Below are positions 49,201-61,262 of a stretch of 64,000 bases of DNA, one piece after another. The stretch is from NCBI GenBank assembly GCA_002633005.1, contig NMRA01000046.1, forward strand, positions 304,510 through 368,509, written 5' to 3'. The position numbers and the translations under genes were made by a program. Positions within the stretch are counted from its first letter, which is position 1. Each line of letters starts with the position of its first letter. Source of the stretch: Phoronis australis (taxonomy: Eukaryota > Animalia > Phoronida). A model generated the notes under the pieces. It saw only the letters and a program-made list of their open reading frames with translations, was not told where the DNA came from and searched no databases.

Positions 49201-52200
49201 GTCAAAATGCACTTTGAATTATACTTTTCAGTGTTAAGTATAGATGCAATGGATGTGTCAGGAGAACAGCAAATTGATGTAGATCACAACTTAGAAAAAG
49301 TTCGTCTTAACCTTAATGGTTTACCAATAGACTCAGAGAAAGGAGGTAAGTCAGTTGTGATGCTGAATCTTAAATAGAATACTAGGTCAGAAACATTGTT
49401 GGTGCCATGCAGTTTGTCTCATTCAGTGTGGGATGGAAACTCTATATTCTTTTCAGTGTGAGGTTGATACTAGTACATTGTAGGTTGAAAAAGTTTCCAT
49501 TATCGGCAATGTTCTGGTGTGATGCCTACAGTGTTGCTGTAAGCAGACAACAATTCAAGACTGACTCTATAGACCCTATTCACGCCGACAGGAGGCGCGT
49601 TCCAAAATGAGGCTCGCTACGATAGCTCTGGTGGCTTATCCGCGTAGTTGTACTCTGCGTTGCTCGAACAGCTGGAAAAAATGCGGACTCTCAACTGTCT
49701 GTTTTACAATCCCCAAGGACGTTGGGATTCGGAAGCGTTGGGTTCTTGCCATACGCCGCCATGTCCATGTAAAATTTATAACTGTTTTCTAATGGTCAGC
49801 CAGGCTGTATTTTCATGAGTATGGGTTAAAGCGCGATGCATTTTTCTTTACAAAAAGGACAGGGCCCTCAATCCTTCAATTTTGGGGCCAAATATCGTCC
49901 CTATTCCCCTCTTAAAAATATTGAAAAATCAGGCGAAATTCCCGGACCCACGAGGCCGAAAAATTCCCTTAGTGATTGAAAATTTCTCTCCAACGGTTCA
50001 AATCACCTGTGACCACAGAGGTGACAATTTGAAAAAGTACAAAATCATAGGCGGATTTAGGGGGGGCCACCCCCCCTCCCTTGACTGCCACAAGCAAAAT
50101 AAACCAGCAAAACGTGAAGCGGGAGGAAATTCTGAGTTTGACTGAGCTAGGACCGATAGCGGACGAGGGGGGAAGGTATACATCCTCAGCGCCCGCAACT
50201 TCCGGGCCGCCTACGTGCATACAATCGCGCTTTTCCCGCTTCTCCGAGGATGTCGGGCCCCCCTCATGGTATCCTAGATCAGCCACTGAAAATGCTACTT
50301 GAGACAGAGGTATGACAGCTTGCAACAGGGTGGGGTGCTATTGATGGTGATCGGGAGGTCAGTAGATTTTTCACTGACCCGTCACTCGGCGAAACGTTCC
50401 CCTCTTAGAAGGTTGCACAGGCACCTTTCCCCTCGGAACGAGGCCTCTGAAGAAACATGATAACTGTGCTTGTTCCAGGAGGATCCAGGACTTTGAGTTA
50501 GGTGGGGGGGCAAGGCAGAGTATTAGCCAGGATTTTGCCTGTCAGACATTCGTGCTCCTGAACTGCCAAATGGAATCTGGGAGACTTTTAGGGGGGGCAT
50601 GGCCCCCTTAGCTCCCCTCTAAATCCGCCACTGTGTTCTGTCCAGTTAACTATAATTGAGCTCTAAAACGAGGTTATGCTTTGGACGAAATGTTGTTTTA
50701 ATTTTAAAATTCAACTTGTTCGAAATTGATATTTGAAAAATATAACACATGAAATAGACGTAATTATTAAAACCAAGAAAGCAGAATTGATGGTCATATA
50801 ATTTTTATTTTCAATTGCGAGCCTGGTTTTTTATCATAATCAAGTATTATTTCAGATCAATGACGAATCAACTGTTAGCCCCGGTAGTGCCTACCTCACC
50901 AGGACCTAGGCTATGCTTGAAGCTAATAGGCCTACTCTTGATCAACAAATTAAACCAGATGTAACTAAGGGCTGTTCCATCAAAATCTGTGTGGGAGGGG
51001 GGGAAGGCAACTGAAATAAAAATTTATGGGTGGTTGCGTTTGATTTCAATTCAAAATGGCTGGTGGTCGTACTTCAAAAAAATTAAAATTTACAGGTCGT
51101 TGTTGTTTCATTGGGCCATAAATGTTTGATGGTGGGTAATTTTAGTAAATTTTATAAACAATCCGCACAGAATCAAAAACTGAAACAAAAAGGCAACTTT
51201 CAAAGAGCTCCGACTTTTTCACTCCGTCCGATCTCCTCATCGGCATGCATATAACACCATTTAACCTCGATGGCCAATAACCATATATATGAAACATATG
51301 TTTTCTTAGTAATGAATGACGTTAGTGGTGTTGGAGGAACAGATAAACTCAAGCGCCTGTGCAGTCAACCACAAGAACAAAAAAAAATTACGAGTGGTTG
51401 CATTTCAAACTTATAAAAAATTACGGGTGGTAGGCTGAAGAAATAAATGAAAAATATGGGTGGTGGGTGCGAAAAAAAGGTGCCTTCCCCCCCTCCCATA
51501 CAGATTTTACTGGAACAGCCCTAATTGCACATGACAGCAAAATGCTATGAGCCACCACTGTTGAATATATCTTGAACTCGTCAACAATACGACCAGATGA
51601 GCTGGTTCATGTAGAAAGCATTTTTATCAAGAATTTATTAGAAGAAACGTAACCCTGCATTCAGCATGATACCTAATCCGTAACACTACGATTGCCTCAA
51701 TTTGGTCATGTTTACCTTTCATGTTTGGAACCTAGTTTTCCGGAAAAAAAAAACTTATATCCTTTCATCAGACAACTCTTTGGTGCATTGACTTGTTCTT
51801 TACCTGTATTTTTCTACATCTCTGTGGTTAATTATTGACCAATTTTTTAAGATTTAGTATTCAGGTTGGACTCCAAAGACCGGCCATTTAACTCAAGCTA
51901 TGGAAATTTCCGCTTTGTCTTATCGCAGTGAGCCTCGCTTTGGATTTTAATGTCCGCCTCGTGAATTGGGTCTTTAAAGGTGTGTTCAGCAGTTTTTGAT
52001 GGTGTCATTTAGTTCGGAAAATACAATTTAAATGACATCATAAAAAGGTATCTTTTGTTGGGAGTTGCCATGAACAAAGGCTGTGTTATAATTGGAAGTA
52101 GGATTTCAAAACTACCATGTTCAAAAACATTTCCCAGTTTCGCATGATGCCCATGACCAGTGACCCTCCAATTCAAAGTGTTGTTATAGTACAGGCATGT

Positions 52201-55200
52201 ATCTGCAATAATGTGGTTAGAATATTACATCTTACTGTAACTGACGTCTTCATTCTGGATAAGACATTGAGCTCCCAGGGCTGTTGTTAGCAAGTTGGAC
52301 AAGACCCCAGTTTACGTCAAGTTACTTGCTTGCTTTACTTAGGCGTCTAAATACTGATAGGGTGTCTAAATGTGAGCCAGGGTGTCCGTTTAGACACCCT
52401 CTAGGTGAAGGCTTGGTTGGAAGTTGATTTGAAGCAATCTCTCCTGTCCAATTTGTTATAAAATTGGTGTCTTCTTGAGAGCTTGTACGCCCGTAAAATG
52501 CACCCTTTCACTGCGAATTTCATTATTGATAGTTTCTGTATAAAGTCACTTTCTGTTCAAAGTGACATTTCTCATTTGCACCAAATGAGTATTGATAATA
52601 ATACCACTCTTTCATTATTCATTCCTTGTATTGTGCATGTTGACTGTCTGAAAAAGGTTATGCTGTATTATAGTTTGATATCAGGTTTGATGAGTGCCAA
52701 AACACACACCTACAAAATAACAACCCTGCATCTTCAAAGGCAGTGCGAGCCTGCAAACTCAAGCCTGGCACCTAAAAACGAAAATCATCTATGAAACACA
52801 AATCACATGATTGTAACTTGAGCCTTTTGCACTTGGGTAATTAAATGGGTTCATACCATATACATCTTGATATGGCATTGCCATAACCGTAACATGGCCA
52901 TAAAAGTAGCCGTCTCCACACGATCAAAACAGAACTACTTTATATGACTGGAATTCCAATTTTAAACCTAATCAACCATGGTTTAAGCTGATGCTGAATA
53001 AATTACATGAATTTACGTTTACTTTACATTTCAAAAACTAAGCAAACATGATACACTGGAGAGCATTTGGTAATTAAAATCGCAAATTCTCCTCACAATA
53101 AGCAAACTTTCTTGCCACTTAGTCTTTGTTGTCACTCCTTCCTCAAATTTGCCTGTTCATGAAAACTTGTAAACAAAGCCAGTGAAACCAATCATTGTAA
53201 ATTGCAGTGGTAACTATAGTAGTGTTCTGTTTTCATTATTTTGTAAATTGCAGTGGTAACTATAGTAGTGTTCTGTTTTCATTATTTTGTGGTGTAAAAA
53301 TAACAGTAGTAATATCCAATTTAACTTAATCAAAAACTTTTATTTAAATGACACATTATATGTAAATCAACAGGATTTGTTGCCTCCAATCTGGGACTGA
53401 AGCCGAAAACAAGAATGCATCAAAGTAGATCAAATTAGCCACAGCGATATTACGAATAGCAGTCGCTACTGAGTGAAATGAGAATAAACTCAAAATTGTA
53501 AAAATCCATAAAATACCGGTACACAAAAACCAAGGAAACAGATGTGATGTTCAGAATGCAATCTCAAATATCATCTCCACACCTGCCACTCCAAGAAAAT
53601 GGAAGCTGGTTTTTCAGTAGCGTTGTATCCCTATGCGTATTGGCCCAGAGAGGAAATGGGGGTTAGATCTTAAGTATGTGGTATAAATATTTCGGCCTCA
53701 AATCAACCTCAGCTAATAACACACCCATATATAAACATTAATTTGTAGTTTAACATATAGAGGGGCTGGTGTCCTTGCTTTCTCTGTTGCTTTACTCAGG
53801 GCTCATATATGTTAATATATGCTCACGGTTTGGTCAGAGTAAAGTGAGAGGCCTCTTTTCCGTGAGTGGGTTGATCAGTCGCATGTTCATTTGTTATTTG
53901 AAGTAAATGAGATGTATCACTTTTCTGTCCGCAAATTAGTTATGCAAGGACGTCTTGTTTCTTTAATTTTGAGTTTTGTTCCAGATTCAAAGTTGTTTTG
54001 CAGGCACACGTTCTTGGCATTGTTCAGGTCAGTGAAGGTATCAGATATGTATGCCTTTGGATGAGCAATGAGTGCATTTGGATGTCAATGAGTGCATTTG
54101 GATGTCAGTTGAATTTGTTTCACACTCTTTATTTTAAAGCTGTGTTTCAATCTGAAATTTGTATCTTTCTCAGAGCTTGGTGATACTTCAAAGGAGTTTG
54201 TTGAGGTTTGTATCTCTTATTACTAGATCAGATGTAAATTCAAATGTGTACCACCTAGTGATAACTAGATGAAAATTAAAATTAGAGGATTATGTTTCCA
54301 TAGACAAAAGAACCCTCTGTTGAAAATCAATACAATATATAGTTTTGAGTGGCATGTTCAGTTTCGTCTTTACAGTTGTAATTCCTCTTGAAAATCATAA
54401 TGTGCTATAACAATGCCAGGACTGCATTCTGTAGGCCAAGAGATTAGCTTGCTCTTGGCATAAAATATTCTCGCTTACGGAATGGAAACTGAATTTTATC
54501 CCATAATTCAACATTCTAACCTCACTGTACTATCACTTCAGTTGATCGACAGAATTCCACTAAACAACCAGTCTCAAAAGCATTGGCAGTTTTGTTGAAA
54601 CCTACGGAATTGAGCATAGTTTTGTGTTGAAATGGGTAAATTATTTAGCTGCATTGTCGAGTTGTGAAAATTTGTTAAAGTATTATGTTGTTGAGATATT
54701 TTGAAAACTGCTTCTAGCTGGTTCTTGTGAACTCAAAATGCTGAAAGATTTTGGTCCGTTCATAGATTAAGTGGTTTAAAATTTCCTTACATAGTAAGTC
54801 CTGCATTGTGCTCTGTTCCAACTCAGTAGCTGGCTGTGAGGGCATCAGTGAATTGTCATTCTATGTCTGCGTTCTGTAAGACATAAAGTTGCAAATTTGT
54901 AATGACTGTCTCAGGATTATTTGACATGACATTTTGAAAAAGCCAGAATTTAACAGCACTTCGTAATTCTTTAGGCCATAATAATGTACATATTGAGAAT
55001 ATTTCAGAAACACCTTGTTTGCTTTCAGACAATCAAAAAACCATTAGACCCCAACCGGTGTGAGAGCTGTTATGGTGCTGAATCTCCTCAATTGAAGTAT
55101 GTTGTTATTATTTAAACCAGTTTTTAAAAGCACAAAACACTGCTTTTGTCAGTTTTTGTTGCGAAAACAGACTCTTGATAAGACAACTATCATGTGCATA

Positions 55201-58200
55201 TTTAGGCCCATGTGCACATTTAGGCCCATGTGCACATTTAGGCCCGTGTGCACATTTAGGCCCGTGTGCACATTTAGGCCCGTGTGCACATTTAGGCCCG
55301 TNAAGTGGTTTAAAATTTCCTTACATAGTAAGTCCTGCATTGTGCTCTGTTCCAACTCAGTAGCTGGCTGTGAGGGCATCAGTGAATTGTCATTCTATGT
55401 CTGCGTTCTGTAAGACATAAAGTTGCAAATTTGTAATGACTGTCTCAGGATTATTTGACATGACATTTTGAAAAAGCCAGAATTTAACAGCACTTCGTAA
55501 TTCTTTAGGCCATAATAATGTACATATTGAGACTATTTCAGAAACACCTTGTTTGCTTTCAGACAATCAAAAAACCATTAGACCCCAACCGGTGTGAGAG
55601 CTGTTATGGTGCTGAATCTCCTCAATTGAAGTATGTTGTTATTATTTAAACCAGTTTTTAAAAGCACAAAACACTGCTTTTATCAGTTTTTGTTGCGAAA
55701 ACAGACTCTTGATAAGACAACTATCATGTGCATATTTAGGCCCGTGTGCACATTTAGGCCCGTGTGCACATTTAGGCCCGTGTGCACATTTAGGCCCGTG
55801 TGCACATTTAGGCCCGTGTGCACATTTAGGCCCGTCTGCACATTTAGGCCCGTGTGCACATTTAGGTCCGTGTGCACATTTAGGCCCGTGTGCACATTTA
55901 GGCCCGTGTGCATATTTAGGCCCTTGTGCTTGTATTTGAACTTGCGCCTAAATCTGAAATTGGATGCATGCGCCTTTACGTGAACCATTTGAGTAAAACC
56001 ATGCTTGAAAATGAAGTGGGAATGTGAGTGTACCCCATTTTGTAATATTCTCAGCTATTTGGCTTATGGATTGTAATGAAAAATTTTGAGATTAAAGTAG
56101 GCTGACAGTTGAATACTATCGACTTTTCGCTGATTTTATTCAAAGAGATTATTGAATGATTTAAGCCAATTCTTTGATACCCGTGTTAAACTAGGTCACA
56201 ACCTCATCGCATAGATATTGATAAATAGGCGCATCCATTCTTCCCTTTGTTTTTCTTTCTTATAGTGAAGATAATGGCAAGCATTTACTGGTAACTGTCT
56301 GATGTACGCCCAAGGTGCGATATCCATGCGACCTGTATTATTATTAAAAAGTGGACGATCGCCGCACAAATAAAAAAGCTCATGTTCAATCGACGTTTCG
56401 TCTATTCATCAGACATCATCAGGATCATATTTACAACAATTGTTATGTCAAATAAAGACCCAACAAAGGAAAACAATAGAAGTGTCCCATAGGCGATAAC
56501 CATGCTATGTGCTTACGCCCGTCACATGGATCTCTCAAATTAAACAATACCTTGTGACCTGCATACGATGTCCTTTGACATGGGTTCTCTTTTAACATTA
56601 TGTACTATTCAGGTGTGGTTTAATTAATAATGTTAATTTCATACACCCTAATGCAACAGTTAGTCACTGAATAGGACTTAACTGTTGTTCCTTCTAGTTA
56701 TGTAAAACTTTACAAGTGAGCCTTACAAAAGTCATTCTATAGGACTTATAATCTGGGAAATAGCTGTCAAGTTCCATAATTAAAAATGTTTCACATGGCA
56801 AGATATGTGTGCACTAAAAGCAATATGGCATTTTTTAACTGCTAATTTGGAAATGGTGCACTATATGTCATTCTGTTAGTACATGATTGCCAGTTGTGTG
56901 TGACTTTAAGGGCTATTAGTTAAAAATTTAGATTTCTTGTTTAGTAAGAGACACTGGCATAAAATGACCCTGCATTTACTGACAGTTATTGTTTGCATTT
57001 TTCAGAGTTCATTGCATCATCAATTGCTTTATGATGTAACATTTATAAATACTCAAAACGAAGACTAATGTTTGTGTCAAGTGTTGAAGAAAAAAAGGTG
57101 TTGAAGGAACGCCTATCACATGAGCTATTAACAATGCCTTGAACTGATATATCAGACCTAACTGTTGACTGGCCCAGCGAAGCACATGCCCCAAGGACTA
57201 TTAAAGTGGCCTCATTGACAACAGTGTTGTATGTTTGAGATCAGCATCAAGATGGTTTAGAACCCATGAACTCAGCGGTCATAGTACAATGCTTTGCTAG
57301 CTAAGCATTTCAAATGTCACCAGCCTAATTTAGCTATAATCACAAAAACACATTATGGACGTTGCTATGTTATGGCTCTGGTGTAAGATAATAACCTCAA
57401 AAAGTCTACCTTATCCATCAATAAACCCACAAATGTGTTTTTTGGTCCTACTTACGATTCTCCATTTAACAGTTATTCACAAATGCTTAAAGCGCATAGT
57501 TCCCTGACTCATGGAAGTGTACAAAAAGTGAATGTTTTTCTTGTGGTATGTTTTCCATCTTATTCGTTTGTCTGTTGAGCTTAATTGCTTCCACAATAAA
57601 GTGGCTGCATGTTATTAAAGAATTGTGGCAATGTTAAAGCTGTTGGATGTTTCATAATTTTTTGTGATATACTAAAAAATACTGATACAATGTAAACACT
57701 GGAATTTATGTCTTTTTTTCATCACCATTTTCATGATGTCAAAACTCTACGTTAGCATTATGGACATCTTGTAAAAATGGAGATAATTGTGATCTGTAGG
57801 GGGACTTCTCATTGATTTCAAACCAGTCAGGTCAAGTCGTATGGCTGCAGCTGGATATAAAATTGCTTAGCAATCATGTATAAAGTAATTGATTCCAGGT
57901 GTTGTAACACATGTGACGATGTGAGAGAAGCCTACAGAAGAAAGGGTTGGGCATTTACAACAGGCGAGAACATTGAGCAGTGTAAGAGGGAAGGTTGGTC
58001 AGACAAGGTGAAAAATCAACAGAATGAGGGATGCCAGGTTGTTGGGCATTTAATGGTCAACAAGGTGTGTCTTAAAGAACTCATTAACGTTTGCCCTTAA
58101 GTTGGTAACTCACTTGTTATTTTGTTTGTAGCAATGTCATCAAAGTTTATAAAGTTGTTGCCAAAATCTTGAATTTTGTTTCCAGCTCCTCACCAGTGTT

Positions 58201-61200
58201 TAGCATTCGCAGCACATTCATCTGCAAGTACTGTGGTTCTTAAATGTCTCAGCACATCTTCAAAATAATCATAGAATGTTTGGCTCTAGCTGTGGGTGTT
58301 TGAAAATTAATACAGTATTTCTTAGTTGCATATTTTTCAAAAACAAAACTCTTGATATCAGCTATTCTGTGGTGTGGTAATGCTTTTTTTTTCTCCAAGT
58401 TCAGCTTCAGTGATGGAGTTGACTGTACATGTCTGGTTATATGCTTTTCAGTTAAGTAAAGAGGATTTCATCACTGTCACTGGTAATCTCCCAATATTTG
58501 TCCTCTGACTACTTAAAGAAACCCTAAGAAGTAATAACCATTAGTCAAAATGCTGTGGACAAAAAAGGAAAAATATACACAATGCTACTTGCTTGGTAAC
58601 GAAATTGTTTAAAACGATGCAGGTAGTTCAGACATGATGAATTTGTTGTTTTTGACTGCTTAATGAATGCGATGGGAGATCCCATTACCAAAAAGTCCAT
58701 CCCAAAACTTAGCTAGGAGCTGTGGAGTTGTCCAACATCAATATAAAATTGTGATCAATGATTTTAAGTTCAGTTCAAATGTAAAATCACATCTTAGCTG
58801 ACATGGTGGGCACATTGCAATATGGCAGAGGTTTAAAAACAAGATCGATGAAGATTTCCTTGGTTTCCACAGTGGAACATCGCATGAGCAAGAATAAAAT
58901 TCGAAGCAAAGAAGTCCCAGTTGAGATGCTTGCACATTGTATGTTATGAGTGACATTACCTTATATGACTATATATTACCATCATCTCTACCTGATCTTC
59001 CAGCATTCACTGCTTTATCTCCTAAGCCCCTTGCAGGATCTTCATAAAATTTAGTTGATGAGTTCCTGTGAAGCTCATGGCAGATGATGAGTTTCAAACA
59101 GATCCAAAGATCAGTGTGCTCTTAGTTGCACTTTAATTTTTATGGTTGCCTCTGTGTTCTCAATAAATTTTTCTAAAATTGGCAAATACATTTCTACTGA
59201 GACAATGGCAGGTTCCTAATTTCGGACATATTCAACATATTCTGAGCCCCCTAGAGGCCATGTTTATTACTATAGAGTCTTCCAAGTTTTTGGCGTCTGC
59301 TTCTCTGGGACATTTTAAAAACAATTCCCAATAATGTTTTGGAGAACAGTGCATAAAGCAATAGNTATTTGAAAGTTTCATGTGTACCCGCACTGCCGTC
59401 TCCGAGATATGTTGTTCCAAAGTTAGCCTAAATTGACATATCTTTTTCGGTTTCTGCTTAGCTACATCAAAAAAATGAGGGCGCTGACCAGAACACACGC
59501 GCACGCACGCACACACTCTGAGGGCGCTGACCAGAACACGCGCACGCACGCACACACACACACACACACACTCACACACAAAATAGAAGTACTGCTTCAG
59601 ACTGTAATATTGGTGATGGAGTGCCAGAATAATGCACAGCGTTAATATATCATCATTTTCTGTTTGTGTAGGTGGCTGGAAATTTTCATTTTGCTCCAGG
59701 AAAAAGCTTTCAACAAAATCACATTCACGGTAAGTTGTGTTCAAAGGGTGATAAACCCATGTTTTCAGTCCCTGACAGCCAGTTACTGTTTTCAATCAGT
59801 CTCTCTCATCTTGAGAACTCACAGGTCATTACTGCTTCAAATCAGGTCCGTACGTTGCTTACCATGTGTTATATTGTAACCAATTTTAATAAGAACATGA
59901 TGACATTGCTTTGGAGGAGCTCATACGGCTGACCACAAAGACAGGGTTTGTAGCTGCTTTATGGTTTATTGTAGTTTTGTTTGTTAAGTTTAATGTTTTC
60001 ATTCCTTGAATCGGGAATTTTACAAGCCTCTATGCTAGACATGCATTAACCCATCATTATCGGAATGCTTAGAATGTATTTCTGTTATATTGGTCCAATG
60101 ACAATAACTCTTGTGTAATAAGTAAGTATTGAACAGTCAACCTGTATTATAAAATAAGTAAGTATTGAACAGTTAACCTGTATTATAAAATGCCCAATTC
60201 ATCGTATGTGTTGGCTTGAAATGTGCCACTCCACAGACCCCAAGTTGTTTGGTTATAGTGTACTTTAGTTACAATAAATGTGCCACTCCACAGACCCCAA
60301 GTTGTTTGGTTATAGTGTACTTTAGTTACAATAAATGTGCCACTCCACAGACCCCAAGTTGTTTGGTTACAGTGTACTTTAGTTACAATAAATGTTTTAC
60401 AGAAGTTCCTGGAGTGTAATAAAAAATCACCCATTTCTGCTATAGGCATTATCATGATCATGAAGGTGGGCAGCGACATTCAGCTTTGTCAAAGTCTGCT
60501 CCTCCCTGGTCACCATCACATTCACTCCCCAGTCGAGGCTGGAAGTTGTGTACACCACTTCCTATAGCCCTGGTTTGTAAGTCATGAGAGGTGATCAACA
60601 GATGATGTGGTAAAGTAATGAAATAAATACTTCTTTTCTTTCAGTTCATGACCTGCAGGCATTTGGAGGACAATCAGTAAGTACAGTACAAGACAAAAGT
60701 AATCAATAGGCCATGTAGAGTACAAGACAAAAGTAATCAGACAAAATACTGATTTCCCATCATGACAACTGACTCAGTTAACAGCAATGGTAGTAACTAT
60801 GGCAACAAAATTCTAATCATAAATGGCTTACCCACCATACAAACTTTCCTGTAAACTCCCCTTCGTGCTCAGTCACGAGGGGAGACTACTGATGGTGAAT
60901 CCGGCTTCCACCGAGCCGTCGTGACAGAATCCTGGGTCATTTTGTCCGAATACTTTTGGCTTCTACTGTTAGAAAATGGATAAAAGAATCTAAATTGATC
61001 TGTAACATGACAATGATGCCTTGCATTTCACGAAACTTTTGGCAACCTGAACACCCTACAAGATCCCATGGTATCGCTGAGTAAAACAAAGCTGTATCTT
61101 AAATTATTTAATTTTTCCACTCATTACAGTAAAATCGTTTGACTCGTTCACCTTGTGTGTTTCAGTTCAATCTCAGCCACATTGTGGGCCATTTGTCTTT

Positions 61201-61262
61201 TGGCAAAGACTACCCAGGCATGGAGAATCCTTTAGATGGCGTGCATGTAGTGGCAGAAAAGT
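46104..61262 (+). CDS. ERGIC3: Endoplasmic reticulum-Golgi intermediate compartment protein 3 (Erv46 family); 5' portion, gene continues beyond the window
   Basis: Exons 46104-46200, 48642-48800, 49232-49345, 54174-54205, 55029-55096 (or copy 55563-55630), 57899-58064, 59672-59729, 60645-60676 and 61166-61262 are in frame. Motifs: FDAYPKTLEDFRIKT, CESCYGAE, CCNTCDDVREAY, VAGNFHFAPGKS, LSFGKDYPGMENPLDG. No further exon recognised before 64000. Confidence 0.96.
46969..47707 (-). mobile_element. Solo LTR, 739 bp, 5-bp TSD GTCAT
   Basis: TGTCA...TGACA ends; GTCAT at 46964-68 and 47708-12; minus-strand TATA-like motif (~47370) and AATAAA (~47072); splits a family F copy. Confidence 0.85.
48642..48800 (+). 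CDS. ERGIC3: ERGIC3 exon 2
   Basis: 159 nt, TM helix + ELFVDTSRGQKLKININVSFPRLSCA. Confidence 0.95.
49232..49345 (+). CDS. ERGIC3: ERGIC3 exon 3
   Basis: 114 nt, LSIDAMDVSGEQQIDVDHNL. Confidence 0.95.
50046..50288 (+). mobile_element. 243-bp MITE, 5-bp TSD AAAAT
   Basis: Same termini as 39176-40199; AAAAT on both flanks. Confidence 0.85.
50476..50633 (-). mobile_element. ~155-bp MITE, 5-bp TSD TGTTC
   Basis: Reverse copy of 5614-5767; TGTTC at 50471-75 and 50634-38. Confidence 0.85.
50969..51521. mobile_element. PIF/Harbinger (Tourist-type) MITE, TSD TAA
   Basis: Same TIRs as 21904-22711; TAA on both sides. Confidence 0.88.
53195..53290. repeat. 45-bp direct tandem duplication
   Basis: TTGTAAATTGCAGTGGTAACTATAGTAGTGTTCTGTTTTCATTAT x2. 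Confidence 0.9.
54174..54205 (+). CDS. ERGIC3: ERGIC3 exon 4 (32-nt micro-exon ELGDTSKEFVE)
   Basis: TTTCTCAG acceptor, GTTTGT donor; needed to bridge phase 1 to phase 0. Confidence 0.75.
55029..55096 (+). CDS. ERGIC3: ERGIC3 exon 5, copy A
   Basis: 68 nt, TIKKPLDPNRCESCYGAESPQL. Confidence 0.85.
55563..55630 (+). CDS. ERGIC3: ERGIC3 exon 5, identical copy B (inside 534-bp duplication, probably an assembly artefact)
   Basis: Same 68 nt and splice sites as 55029-55096. Confidence 0.6.
56387..56427 (-). ncRNA. Minimal type-I hammerhead ribozyme motif (Penelope-type)
   Basis: Minus strand UGAUC-CUGAUGA-U-GUCU(GAUGAAU)AGAC-GAAA-CG-UC-GAUUG. Confidence 0.55.
57899..58064 (+). CDS. ERGIC3: ERGIC3 exon 6
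   Basis: 166 nt, CCNTCDDVREAYRRKGWAF...GHLMVNK. Confidence 0.96.
59010..59280 (+). mobile_element. HINE-like fragment in ERGIC3 intron 6
   Basis: GCTTTATCTCCTAAGCCCCTTGCAGGATCTTCAT... and GCCCCCTAGAGGCC, as in 27584-28704. Confidence 0.55.
59478..59580. repeat. Duplicated GAGGGCGCTGACCAGAACAC unit plus (CA)n/(CACG)n microsatellite
   Basis: Directly visible. Confidence 0.9.
59672..59729 (+). CDS. ERGIC3: ERGIC3 exon 7
   Basis: 58 nt, VAGNFHFAPGKSFQQNHIH. Confidence 0.95.
60219..60395. repeat. 57-bp tandem repeat x3
   Basis: AAATGTGCCACTCCACAGACCCCAAG... at 60219, 60276 and 60333. Confidence 0.95.
60645..60676 (+). CDS. ERGIC3: ERGIC3 exon 8 (32 nt)
   Basis: HDLQAFGGQS, TTTCAG acceptor and GTAAGT donor. 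Confidence 0.9.
61166..61262 (+). CDS. ERGIC3: ERGIC3 exon 9
   Basis: 97 nt, FNLSHIVGHLSFGKDYPGMENPLDGVHVVAEK. Confidence 0.93.

Larger units (their letters stand above)
49571..51973 (+). mobile_element. THAP-domain DNA transposon deletion derivative (Harbinger/ISL2EU-like) with nested MITEs
   Basis: TIR AGACCCTATTCACG/CGTGAATTGGGTCT extending imperfectly ~50 bp; relic SCTLRCSNSWKK..FTIPKDVGIRKRWVLAIRR at ~49640-49760. Confidence 0.75.
54769..55930 (+). repeat. 534-bp near-identical tandem duplication joined by an N at 55302, each copy ending in an 18-bp minisatellite
   Basis: 54769 = 55303 offset; TGTGCACATTTAGGCCCG x6 (55193-55301) and x11 (55727-55925). Confidence 0.95.

Noticed and set aside
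55099-55988. ORFs with repeated CTFRPV / CAHLGP / HTGLNV peptides
   Set aside because: They are translations of an 18-bp intronic minisatellite that is open in several frames.
59232-59795. 187-aa minus-strand ORF
   Set aside because: Spans an N and a CA microsatellite and overlaps ERGIC3 exon 7 antisense; no domain.
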